Below, piece after piece: positions 27,219 through 39,683 of a stretch of DNA of 64,000 nucleotides (its first letter is position 1; every line of letters begins with the position of its first letter). The stretch comes from an uncultured Verrucomicrobiae bacterium. GTDB lineage: Bacteria; Verrucomicrobiota; Verrucomicrobiia; Palsa-1439. The stretch lies in the NCBI GenBank assembly GCA_963812605.1, contig CAWEWF010000011.1:1-64000 (forward strand), written 5' to 3'. A program made the position numbers and the translations under genes. The notes beneath the pieces are model-generated. The model searched no databases, had not been told where the DNA came from, and was given only the letters and a program-made list of their open reading frames with translations.

Positions 27219-28214
27219 TTAAACGCTGAATTTCTTCCGCCGAATAGCGCGTCGTGGTACGTGCGGCTTATCCTCCACTACCGGACACTGGGGCTGGTAA
27301 GTCAAGCGTTTGCCTTCGACCATTTTCAGCCCCGCAACAGTACGCTCTCCATCCGTCGCCTTGCGGTAGTTGTGGCGATGGTCGAACTCGGCAAGGTACA
27401 AGGGCAAGTGTTGTTCGCTTACATGGTGGAACGTACCGACCACGCCACGCTTCAAGAGCGAAAAGAATCCCTCCACGCCATTGGTGTGCGCCAACCCGCG
27501 AACGTATTCCTTGGAAGAACGGTTCACGGCCACATGCGCGGCGAATCCCTTGGTGGCCTTGCGGTATCCCCAAAAATCGTCGGTCATTATGGTTGCCGAA
27601 GGGTCAATATGGTTCTGCAAGACCCTTTTCAGATTGTTGCCCGTTACATGCCGCACAACCTGCGAACGCACACGGCCCCCGCGCTCCAAGAGCGAAACCA
27701 CCGGCACGTTGTTGCCCATGAAGTGACGGCCTTTGCCATGGGCTTTCCCACCGACATACGTTTCATCGCATTCAACCGTGCCGTCCAGCTTGTCATTGAA
27801 CGCAGGGTCTTGGAGCGCGTATCGGATGCGATGCGCCATGAAAAGGGCAGAGCGATAGCTGCCCAATTCCAACAGCCGTTGCAGTTGCAGCGAGGAAATT
27901 CCTTTCTTGGAACTGCAAATCAGATACCAAGCAATCAGCCACTTGCGGAGCGGGATATGCGAATCCTCAAAGATGGTTCCGATGGTCACGGTGAACTGCT
28001 TCTCACAATTCGCGCACCAGCGGAGCCCGGCTCGAACCTTCTTTTCCGGGTTGGCCGCTATCTCCGAAAACTTCATTTGGTCAGTGCATTTGCAATGTGG
28101 GCACGCAATGCCGTCAGACCAGCGAATGCTTTCCAGATGCTTGCGGGCCTTGTCGTCCGTCGCAAAGCGGTCGATAAGCTGAATCAGTGTCAAATCCAAG
28201 TTGTCCGTTTTCAT
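27219..28214 (-). CDS. IS1595-family DDE transposase
   Basis: Zn ribbon CPHC..CANC, GTIFEDS, VECDETYVGG, TDD, HTNGVEGFFSLLKR, YLAEF. Confidence 0.95.
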   Translation of the reverse strand: MKTDNLDLTLIQLIDRFATDDKARKHLESIRWSDGIACPHCKCTDQMKFSEIAANPEKKVRAGLRWCANCEKQFTVTIGTIFEDSHIPLRKWLIAWYLICSSKKGISSLQLQRLLELGSYRSALFMAHRIRYALQDPAFNDKLDGTVECDETYVGGKAHGKGRHFMGNNVPVVSLLERGGRVRSQVVRHVTGNNLKRVLQNHIDPSATIMTDDFWGYRKATKGFAAHVAVNRSSKEYVRGLAHTNGVEGFFSLLKRGVVGTFHHVSEQHLPLYLAEFDHRHNYRKATDGERTVAGLKMVEGKRLTYQPQCPVVEDKPHVPRRAIRRKKFSV

Positions 28215-28330
28215 GGTGTAAATCTATGCGAAACTCTATTGTTTGTCAAGTGCATAGTCCCGTTTCCATTGCGGATCTTTGTCGCTTCTTGCTTTCATTC
28301 GCCTGCTTCACCCACTGAATCACGGTGGCC

Positions 28331-29575
28331 TCAGTCCCCTCCGCTGGCGATGAACCAAAGTCGTGACCGCAGCACTAGCACTGGCTTTGGCCGTATGGTT
28401 CTCCGCGCCGCAACTGACTCTCGCAGATCATATCTTTTCACGAACCCAATTCCACGCCCGGGTATACCAAGGGGGCGGTGGCTCGGGCGGTGGCGGGCGG
28501 TGGGGGAGGCGGTTTGCTTTGGTGAGTAGTCTTTCGCCGGACCATTTGGGGCCGTGCCAGGTTTGCCCTGTGCGGTTGTTTCCGATAACTGTGCGAGCGC
28601 CACCTTCGATTCCTGCTCGCGCTGCGGGATCTGAGATTGAATATCCTTAATCTTCGCATCCATGGATCCTAACGTCCCTTGCCCCTGACTAATCTGCTGC
28701 TGGTAGAACGTTATATCGCTCTGTAACTGGGCCTTTTCAGGATTGGGAACCGGACCCTGACCCATTGTTACTTGCTCCTGCTGCGGGGTAGTAACACCTG
28801 CCGTCAGGCGACCTGCCAAATCGCGACGGCCGCCACCCGAGCTCACGGTCGCGCCATAGGTAGATCCTCCGATGGTGTCGGGAACAGTTGGAAGTTGCGC
28901 CTGCGCTGCCGCCAGTTTCGCTTGCGTTGTGGTAATGGTGGCGCTGAGTTGGGCCCGCTGCACTTGAAGGTTGGTAAGCTGGCTCTTGAGGGATTGCAAG
29001 GCCGTCTGCGCTGTTTGAACTTCCGCCTGCTTCTGCGCGCGTTCCGCCTGGACCTTCTTTTCTTCCGGGGTCATCCACGTGTCCGCAAACTTGACCTTCC
29101 CGCTGGCCACGTTCGTTGCCTCCGCTCGCCAATCCACGAGGCGCTTGTCGATCTCCGCGGCCTCGGCGGAGTTCGTAAACTTTGCCTGGAACTTTTCGAA
29201 AGCGGCAATCCCGACCGCATATTGATCTTTCGTCAACTCCTGGTTCGGATTGAGCGTGAATTTCGCCAGGGAGGCGTACGCCGCCTTCTCCTGCTTTTGC
29301 TCCAGGGTCTCGCGCGCAATGGACTGGATGTCGGACGTGTCCACCTGTCGCTTGGAGAAGATCGTGCCATGGTAAAGCGACACCTCGATTTCGATTTGCG
29401 TCTCCGTTTCCGAGAGGATTTGTCCTTCCAGCACTTCGCCGGATTTCAAAGTCAAGGTGTCGGCCTTGAGGGATGCCGACAGGCCAAGAAAAAGCAGGCC
29501 GGCAAATATCCAGAGCCGACGCTTGGGGGACATCCCGCCCTTTTGTGCATTCTCACGTGTTCCCGGTATGGGCAT
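28331..29575 (-). CDS. secreted coiled-coil protein (3' end probably frameshifted)
   Basis: Signal peptide, ADTLTLKSGEVLEGQI domain, Q-rich coiled coil; alternative-frame end PPPWYTRAWNWVREKI*. Confidence 0.75.
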   Translation of the reverse strand: MPIPGTRENAQKGGMSPKRRLWIFAGLLFLGLSASLKADTLTLKSGEVLEGQILSETETQIEIEVSLYHGTIFSKRQVDTSDIQSIARETLEQKQEKAAYASLAKFTLNPNQELTKDQYAVGIAAFEKFQAKFTNSAEAAEIDKRLVDWRAEATNVASGKVKFADTWMTPEEKKVQAERAQKQAEVQTAQTALQSLKSQLTNLQVQRAQLSATITTTQAKLAAAQAQLPTVPDTIGGSTYGATVSSGGGRRDLAGRLTAGVTTPQQEQVTMGQGPVPNPEKAQLQSDITFYQQQISQGQGTLGSMDAKIKDIQSQIPQREQESKVALAQLSETTAQGKPGTAPNGPAKDYSPKQTASPTARHRPSHRPLGIPGRGIGFVKRYDLRESVAARRTIRPKPVLVLRSRLWFIASGGD

Positions 29576-29992
29576 TCGTTACTCCGCCGGTGTACGAATC
29601 CTGCTGCCGACCTTTGTGAAACGGAATTTTAGCAGCGCGGCTCCACCATCGCAAGGGGATTCGATTGTGATCTCGATTCGAGATGAAACATTGTCCGCTG
29701 AAATGAAAACAATCTTTATCGCGCCATCGATTCAAGTAAAATATTTTCCGTTACGAAACAAAAGAACTTGCGCCGGGAAATGCGCTCGCTAGAATCGCGA
29801 CTCAGTTCACCGAGGAGGAAGGGAATTTTGGAGGCGAGCGATACCACGGTGACAGCAGGTTCCCGGTAGGACGGCGGCCGTTCAGCTTTTGCTTCGACGG
29901 CTAAAATCCACCGCAAATCTGCCCAAGACCGAAGGTGTGCTGCGGGAAATTGCCCGCATTTGAAAAAATATTGAGCCGGGCGTACTTTTGAC

Positions 29993-30044
29993 TTGAAACA
30001 CAACATATGGGGTCATATAGTGCCGCCCGCACTATTAGCAGTGG
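29993..30044 (+). promoter_or_regulatory. sigma70 promoter with tandem NrdR boxes
   Basis: TTGAAA-17-TATAGT; ACACAACATATGGGGT (29998) and GCACTATTAGCAGTGG (30029), 31 bp apart, upstream of an RNR gene. Confidence 0.7.
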
Positions 30045-30105
30045 TTGCAAGCAAGACGTAGATCGCTGCTAATCGTCAACTGGCAGGCTTTTAAGGAGGG
30101 GGAAC

Positions 30106-33100
30106 GTGATCAACTTGAAGCAGAGTGTGGGGGAACTTTCCGCGGCCAAGGTTAAACTGGCCCGCAAGGACCCGGACATGGATATGCCGGGTTCAGCCGA
30201 CACCAACAAACGCGCCAAACGCGGCGCCCAAACGCACGAGCCCCGGAAAAACGGAGCGGTTGTGGCGCGGGTGTTTAGTCGTGCCGACGTGAAGCCGTTC
30301 GACGAGATCGAATGGGAGCGGCGCACGGCGGAAATCACGGACGACGCGGGACGCATCATCTTTAAGCAGGAGAATGTGGAAGTCCCGAAGAGTTGGTCGA
30401 TCCTGGCCACGAAAGTCGTCGTCTCCAAATACTTCTACGGCGAGAACGGTACCGCCTCCCGCGAGCACAGTGTTCGTCAGCTTATTCACCGCGTCACGCG
30501 CACGATTGCCGATTGGGGCAAACGGGATGGCTATTTTGCCAGCGAAAAGGACGCCGAGACCTTTTATGACGAGCTGACCTGGCTCTGCGTCAACCAACAT
30601 GGTTCGTTCAATTCGCCCGTCTGGTTCAACTGCGGTCTCTTCTCCCAGTATGGCGTGGGCAAACACAGCGGCGCGGGGAATTTCTACTACGATGCGGACA
30701 CCCGGGCCGTCAAACGCGCCTCGACGCAATACGAATATCCGCAGTGCTCGGCCTGCTTCATCCAATCCATCGGCGATACGATGGAAGACATCATGGAGCT
30801 CGCCCGCAGCGAGGCGATGTTGTTCAAGTATGGCAGCGGCACGGGCACGGACCTTTCGTCGCTGCGCAGTTCCCGCGAAAAACTTTCCGGCGGCGGCCGC
30901 CCCAGCGGCCCGCTCTCGTTCCTCAAGGTTTATGACGCCATCGCCAGCGTCGTGAAGTCGGGCGGCAAGACGCGCCGCGCCGCGAAAATGAACACCTTGA
31001 AAGTCTGGCATCCGGACATCAAGGACTTCATCGAGGCCAAGCCGAAGGAAGAACGCAAGGCCTGGGCCCTCATCGAGCAGGGATACGCGGGGGATTTCAA
31101 CGGCGACGCCTACGGTTCCGTCTCTTTCCAGAATGAAAACCTCAGCGTGCGCGTGACCGATGAGTTCATGCGCGCCGTGCTCGACGACAAGGATTGGACG
31201 ACCCATTGGGTCACGAATCCGAACAGGCCCGGACCGACCTACAAGGCGCGCGAGTTGATGCGTGGCATCGCGGAAGGGACGTGGATTTGCGGCGATCCCG
31301 GCATGCAGTACGAGGACACGATCCAGCGCTGGCACACCTGCAAAAACACCGCCCCGATCAACTCGAGCAACCCGTGCAGCGAGTATATGTTCCTCGATAA
31401 TAGCGCCTGCAATCTCGCGTCGCTGAACCTGATGAAGTTCGTGCGCGCGGACGGCGTGTTCGATGTCGAGCGCTTCAAGGCGGCCGTGGAAATCTTCATC
31501 ACCGCCCAGGAGATTCTCGTCGATAACGCGAGTTATCCCACGGAAATGATCGGGCTGAACAGTCATTTGTACCGCCCGCTCGGCCTCGGCTTCGCCAATC
31601 TCGGTTCGCTGAGCATGTCGATGGGCCTGCCCTACGACAGCGATGAGGGCCGCGGGCTGGCCGGCGCGATCACCGCCATCATGCACCTGCACGCCTACAC
31701 GCAGTCGGCGCACATCGCCGAGAAACTCGGCGCGTTCGAGGGCTTTGCCAAAAACCGCGAACCGATGTTGGAAGTCATGGAAATGCACCGCGACGCGGTG
31801 AAACGCATCCACCCGAGTTGCCCGGATTACCTGCGCAACGCGGCGCAGCGTTGCGGCGATGAAGCCGTGGAACTGGGCCGGCGTTTTGGCTACCGCAACT
31901 CGCAGGTCACCGTCCTCGCGCCGACGGGCACCATCGCGTTCATGATGGATTGTGACACGACGGGCGTCGAGCCGGACATCGCGCTCGTGAAGTACAAGCT
32001 GCTGGCGGGCGGCGGCATGTTGAAGATTGTCAATCGCACGGTGCCGATGGCGTTGAAGAAACTTGGCTATACCGATTCGCAGATCACCGAGATCGTGAAG
32101 TACATCGACGAGAAGGACATGATTGAGGGTGCGCCGCACCTCCAGGAAAAACATCTCACGGTGTTCGATTGCGCGTTCAAGCCCGCGAAAGGCCGGCGCA
32201 GCATCCACTATATGGCGCACCTCAAGATGATGGCCGCCGCGCAGCCGTTCCTCAGCGGGGCGATTTCCAAAACGGTGAATATGCCGCAGGAGTCCACCGT
32301 GGAAGAGATCATGCACAGTTACGCCGAGGGCTGGAAACTCGGGTTGAAGGCCGTGGCGATCTATCGCGACGGTTCGAAACGCTCGCAGCCGCTCAACACC
32401 TCCCGCGGCAGCGGCGACACACCCGCCGAAAAGGCCGCGAAGGAAGCGGATTGCTTCAAGTCGCGCATTGGCGAACTCGAAGAGGAAGTCGCGAGCTTGC
32501 GCGCCCGTCTGGGCGCCCCCGCGCGGCATCGCCTGCCAGACACGCGCCAGGCCGTGACCCATAAATTCGATATCGCCGGCCACGAAGGTTACATCACCGT
32601 GGGCCTGTTCGACGATGGCGTGCCGGGCGAACTGTTCATCACCATGGCGAAGGAAGGTTCGACCATTGGCGGCTTGATGGACACGATCGGGACACTCGTC
32701 AGCCTCGCGCTGCAATACGGCGTGCCGCTGGAAACGCTGGTGAAGAAATTCGCGCATCAGCGTTTCGAACCGAGCGGCTTTACCAAGAATCCCGATATCC
32801 CGATTGCGAAGTCGATCAGCGATTACCTGTTCCGCTGGCTGGGTTGCCAGTTTATCCCCGGCTACCGCGAGGCCAATTCCCCCAATCCCGGGCAGCCCGA
32901 GCTGCCGCTCAGGGAAGACGCCGAGCAGGAAAAAAAATTCGTCAATAAACCCGTCCAGGACCTGGAACAGACGGAAGAACCACCGGCGCGCCCGACCGGT
33001 CTTTCCGCCGTCCAGCAACTGAGCCGAACGGTCCAGCATTTCATGCAGGATGCGCCCGCCTGCGATACCTGCGGCGCGATCACCGTGCGCAATGGCGCCT

Positions 33101-33144
33101 GCTACAAATGCCTCAACTGCGGTAATTCCATGGGGTGCTCCTAG
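30106..33144 (+). CDS. nrdJ: class II B12-dependent ribonucleotide reductase
   Basis: FNSPVWFN, QCSACFI, SNPCSE, APTGTI, TSCPD-like region, terminal CxxC..CxxC; start uncertain. Confidence 0.95.
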   Translation: MINLKQSVGELSAAKVKLARKDPDMDMPGSADTNKRAKRGAQTHEPRKNGAVVARVFSRADVKPFDEIEWERRTAEITDDAGRIIFKQENVEVPKSWSILATKVVVSKYFYGENGTASREHSVRQLIHRVTRTIADWGKRDGYFASEKDAETFYDELTWLCVNQHGSFNSPVWFNCGLFSQYGVGKHSGAGNFYYDADTRAVKRASTQYEYPQCSACFIQSIGDTMEDIMELARSEAMLFKYGSGTGTDLSSLRSSREKLSGGGRPSGPLSFLKVYDAIASVVKSGGKTRRAAKMNTLKVWHPDIKDFIEAKPKEERKAWALIEQGYAGDFNGDAYGSVSFQNENLSVRVTDEFMRAVLDDKDWTTHWVTNPNRPGPTYKARELMRGIAEGTWICGDPGMQYEDTIQRWHTCKNTAPINSSNPCSEYMFLDNSACNLASLNLMKFVRADGVFDVERFKAAVEIFITAQEILVDNASYPTEMIGLNSHLYRPLGLGFANLGSLSMSMGLPYDSDEGRGLAGAITAIMHLHAYTQSAHIAEKLGAFEGFAKNREPMLEVMEMHRDAVKRIHPSCPDYLRNAAQRCGDEAVELGRRFGYRNSQVTVLAPTGTIAFMMDCDTTGVEPDIALVKYKLLAGGGMLKIVNRTVPMALKKLGYTDSQITEIVKYIDEKDMIEGAPHLQEKHLTVFDCAFKPAKGRRSIHYMAHLKMMAAAQPFLSGAISKTVNMPQESTVEEIMHSYAEGWKLGLKAVAIYRDGSKRSQPLNTSRGSGDTPAEKAAKEADCFKSRIGELEEEVASLRARLGAPARHRLPDTRQAVTHKFDIAGHEGYITVGLFDDGVPGELFITMAKEGSTIGGLMDTIGTLVSLALQYGVPLETLVKKFAHQRFEPSGFTKNPDIPIAKSISDYLFRWLGCQFIPGYREANSPNPGQPELPLREDAEQEKKFVNKPVQDLEQTEEPPARPTGLSAVQQLSRTVQHFMQDAPACDTCGAITVRNGACYKCLNCGNSMGCS

Positions 33145-33167
33145 GGTACGGAGCAAGTCGCAAACAG

Positions 33168-33201
33168 GAAGCCCCGGGAGTTAACCCGGGGCTTTTTGTT
33201 T
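33168..33201 (+). terminator. intrinsic terminator after nrdJ
   Basis: AAGCCCCGGG-AGTTAA-CCCGGGGCTT then T-tract; a GTAG hairpin follows at 33202. Confidence 0.85.
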
Positions 33202-33305
33202 GTAGCCGCGAAACGCTTTCGCGGCGGGTACTACGGGGCTTGACCTTCGTGCCCACAAGCGCTTAAATAGATGACCCTTACAACAGACAATTCAGGAGAC
33301 ACATT

Positions 33306-33623
33306 ATGGCAGCACCATCAGCACCCAAAGCAGGCACCACGAACGCGCGCCCGAAGGCGAAGGACGATAAAGGCGGTAAAAAAGAGGCGAAGGTCGTTTA
33401 CCCGAGCGAATTCGGCTCGCACACGAGCATGGCGAATGAGGAATTGACCGGCAAGATCGCCGCGGCCAAGCAGGACGCGACGGATGCCTGGGTAATTCTT
33501 GCCGACGAACGCGGGCCCTACGCCACGCGCAAATCGCGGCTCGATACCGGCCTGGCCGACCCGAACCGCTTCGTGGACCAGCCCGCCCGCGACCAGTTCG
33601 TCAAAGACCTGTCCGCGGCGTAA
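33306..33623 (+). CDS. hypothetical protein
   Basis: AGGAG RBS, 105 aa, typical codon usage. Confidence 0.75.
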   Translation: MAAPSAPKAGTTNARPKAKDDKGGKKEAKVVYPSEFGSHTSMANEELTGKIAAAKQDATDAWVILADERGPYATRKSRLDTGLADPNRFVDQPARDQFVKDLSAA

Positions 33624-33731
33624 CACAAGATCGGACTTTCCGAGCGTCAGGGTCTTGTGGCCCTGGCGCTCTTGCCGTTTATGCGGGGCGCTTGCCCTGT
33701 AATGCCGAGAATGGTATTTCCTAGTGACGCT

Positions 33732-35609
<1,878 letters not shown>

Positions 35610-35610
35610 A

Positions 35611-36174
35611 TTGCCGGAATCACAACCAATCATTTACTTGATTGCTGGCTGCAATGGCGCGGGCAAGACCACTTTCGCGAAGTCATTTCTTCCACACGAG
35701 GCGAAATGCCTGAATTTTCTGAACGCCGATTTGATCGCACAAGGTCTTTCTCCGCTGGATGCTACAGCAGCAACAGTGAAAGCAGGGCGGTTGTTACTCG
35801 AGGAATTCGATTCGTTTATAACGAAACACGAAACGTTTGCTATTGAAAGCACGCTCAGTGGCACGACTTACATTCGGCGTTTGAAACAAGTCAAACGACA
35901 AGGCTTCCGTCTTTACCTCCATTATCTTTGGCTACCCAATTCGTTGATGGCTCTCGCTCGCGTGCGCGAACGCGTGAAGAAGGGCGGCCATAACGTCCCG
36001 GAAGCTGATGTGCGCAGGCGATTTGGACGAAGTTTGCGACATTTTGTCGATGACTACGTCGCCTTGGCCGACCGCTGGGCTGTATGGGACAATCAGACGA
36101 GTCCGCCGCGACTCTTGGCTGAATCTGAAACTTGCTCCCACGAGCAACTTAAGACTATACTGAGGTTGCCATGA
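35611..36174 (+). CDS. zeta-toxin-like P-loop kinase
   Basis: IAGCNGAGKTT, NADLIA, ESTLSG, RVKKGGHNVP. Confidence 0.85.
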   Translation: MPESQPIIYLIAGCNGAGKTTFAKSFLPHEAKCLNFLNADLIAQGLSPLDATAATVKAGRLLLEEFDSFITKHETFAIESTLSGTTYIRRLKQVKRQGFRLYLHYLWLPNSLMALARVRERVKKGGHNVPEADVRRRFGRSLRHFVDDYVALADRWAVWDNQTSPPRLLAESETCSHEQLKTILRLP

Positions 36175-36335
36175 AGAGCCGTAATGGACACCGCAAGAAG
36201 GACGATTTCATCGCACCTGCGCGCCGAGCTTTTCAACGCGTCGCGCGACAGCTCCGTGCGGAGAACGCCAAGCTCGGCCTGCCGCTTGTGTTTGGAGACA
36301 AGGGGCAGATACGATTGGTCCGCATCCGGCCCTAA
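36171..36335 (+). CDS. small partner protein of the zeta-like kinase (54 aa)
   Basis: ATGA overlap; ...ENAKLGLPLVFGDKGQIRLV. Confidence 0.65.
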   Translation: MKSRNGHRKKDDFIAPARRAFQRVARQLRAENAKLGLPLVFGDKGQIRLVRIRP

Positions 36336-36500
36336 CGGTTAATCCGTCCAACGTGCCTCTGAAATGTTTTTCGGCGACGGCATTCGGATAGAAGATGCCG
36401 TTGATTTGGCGTCCCCAGAGGCTGGGGGCGGCAACTGCAAGAACCGCAACCCAGATGCTTTCTGATGAGCATATTCGGAAATCGCTTCCCGGCGATGGCC

Positions 36501-36525
36501 TGATACATGGTAGTACCATGTATCA
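36501..36525. promoter_or_regulatory. 25-bp perfect palindrome, putative PadR operator
   Basis: TGATACATGGTA-G-TACCATGTATCA; variants at 36886-36910 and 37538-37562. Confidence 0.65.
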
Positions 36526-36882
36526 ACGATTCTGTGTGCTGTTGGATGGGCGGTTTAACAGGGCGGTGATCGCTTGAGTGGAGGTGGTCCACTGGTGGCG
36601 CAGTTGTTGGCAGACTCGTCGGCCGCGCGAGGTGAGGCGGTAGTAGCGGCGCTGTCGACCTTCCTTGGGGCCCTGCCATTGGCTCGTCAGCAAGCCCTGC
36701 TTCTCCAGATGGCGAAGGACGGGGTAGATGGTGCCATCTTGCCAGTTCAGGGTGCCTTTGGAGCGGGCGAAGATGCGCTTGCGGATGCCATAGCCGTAGC
36801 TCGGCCCGTCGCGGAGGATGTCCAGGACGATCAAATCGTACGTGCCCGCCGCCAAATTTCTCGCGAACTCATCACGCTTCAT
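36523..36882 (-). CDS. PadR-family regulator
   Basis: GPSYGYGI, GTIYPVLRHLEKQG, RRYYRLTSRG. Confidence 0.92.
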   Translation of the reverse strand: MKRDEFARNLAAGTYDLIVLDILRDGPSYGYGIRKRIFARSKGTLNWQDGTIYPVLRHLEKQGLLTSQWQGPKEGRQRRYYRLTSRGRRVCQQLRHQWTTSTQAITALLNRPSNSTQNR

Positions 36883-37013
36883 AAGAGATGCATGGTAGTG
36901 CCATGTATCATCCGGGGCAATCGTGCGCGGTCAAGGGCGCAATTCGTTACTGGTCGGTGGTTCATCTCTCCCGAGTAGTGCGGATGGCGGAGGTGGTATC
37001 CCTGTCGGTGAGG

Positions 37014-37376
37014 TCAACGCCTGAGGGCCAGTTGCCCAAATCGAGATTCACTAGATAGCGGCCGGGGCATTCTGGTCATAACAGTCACGTAATGACGGAG
37101 GTCTTTGGTTTCGTCGGGCGCATCTTGAAACGGGTCGCTGCGCGCGAGGGCGATGACATTCCGAGCGGGACAAATCATCAATTCGGGTTCGAATGGCAGT
37201 CGCCGGAGGATTTCCGCGCGCAATTTTGCCTGGCTGACGTTCTGACGGACGACAAATGTTCCCGCCGCGCCCACGTTGACCACTCCGAAATCCCCCAACT
37301 GCTTGGCCAGAACGCCTGGTTGAAACCGCTGGTGACCGCCGACGTTGACGGCCCTAAAAAATACGACCGATGCCAT
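37014..37376 (-). CDS. DUF1697-family protein, probably truncated
   Basis: VVFFRAVNVGGH, GAAGTFVV; only 120 aa. Confidence 0.65.
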   Translation of the reverse strand: MASVVFFRAVNVGGHQRFQPGVLAKQLGDFGVVNVGAAGTFVVRQNVSQAKLRAEILRRLPFEPELMICPARNVIALARSDPFQDAPDETKDLRHYVTVMTRMPRPLSSESRFGQLALRR

Positions 37377-37729
37377 GGAATTCTTCCAACCTTTCGATAA
37401 ATCAAATTGAGGTAAGGGAGAGCCGGTCTCAAGCAAGATCTTCGGCTCGCAGGGATCTCCAACTGTTCATCAAGATCGTTTCTTCACCGTAGTGCTCGGC
37501 AGCTTTCCCACCTTACCCATCGCCACCGCTAATGCCATGATACATATCTAAGATATGCATCATGGCTCAGCAAGCGGATACTGGCCGCAAGTCGATGAGA
37601 AGGCGTGTTCAGTAAGAGGGTGTATTCAAAGAGGAAGCGTGTTCCGGTTGTCCGACAGTCTCAGGCGGCGGCAAGGGCCGACCTGGGGCCGGATGCGGAG
37701 AACGCCTTTACCGGTTGGCCGGCGGAACG

Positions 37730-39680
<1,951 letters not shown>

Positions 39681-39683
39681 CCC

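Larger units (their letters stand above)
25880..28262 (-). mobile_element. IS1595-family transposon with passenger genes (2383 bp)
   Basis: 26-bp IRs CGGCATTATGCACTTGACAAACAATA (25880-25905) and 28237-28262 (24/26 match); 8-bp target duplication TTTCCATT at 25872-25879 and 28263-28270. Confidence 0.93.

Noticed and set aside
27219-28214. Transposase as the phage's Mu A
   Set aside because: It is IS1595-type with its own IRs and target duplication.
29793-30100. Cobalamin riboswitch upstream of nrdJ
   Set aside because: No recognisable B12-box; NrdR boxes and a promoter explain the region.
30106-33144. nrdJ as phage auxiliary gene or intein carrier
   Set aside because: Outside the cluster boundary, under host NrdR boxes, and no intein motifs or extra length seen.
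30193-33156. 987-aa antisense ORF (also 9182-10960, 43695-44993, 57836-59551)
   Set aside because: Shadow ORFs of real genes caused by high-GC codon bias.
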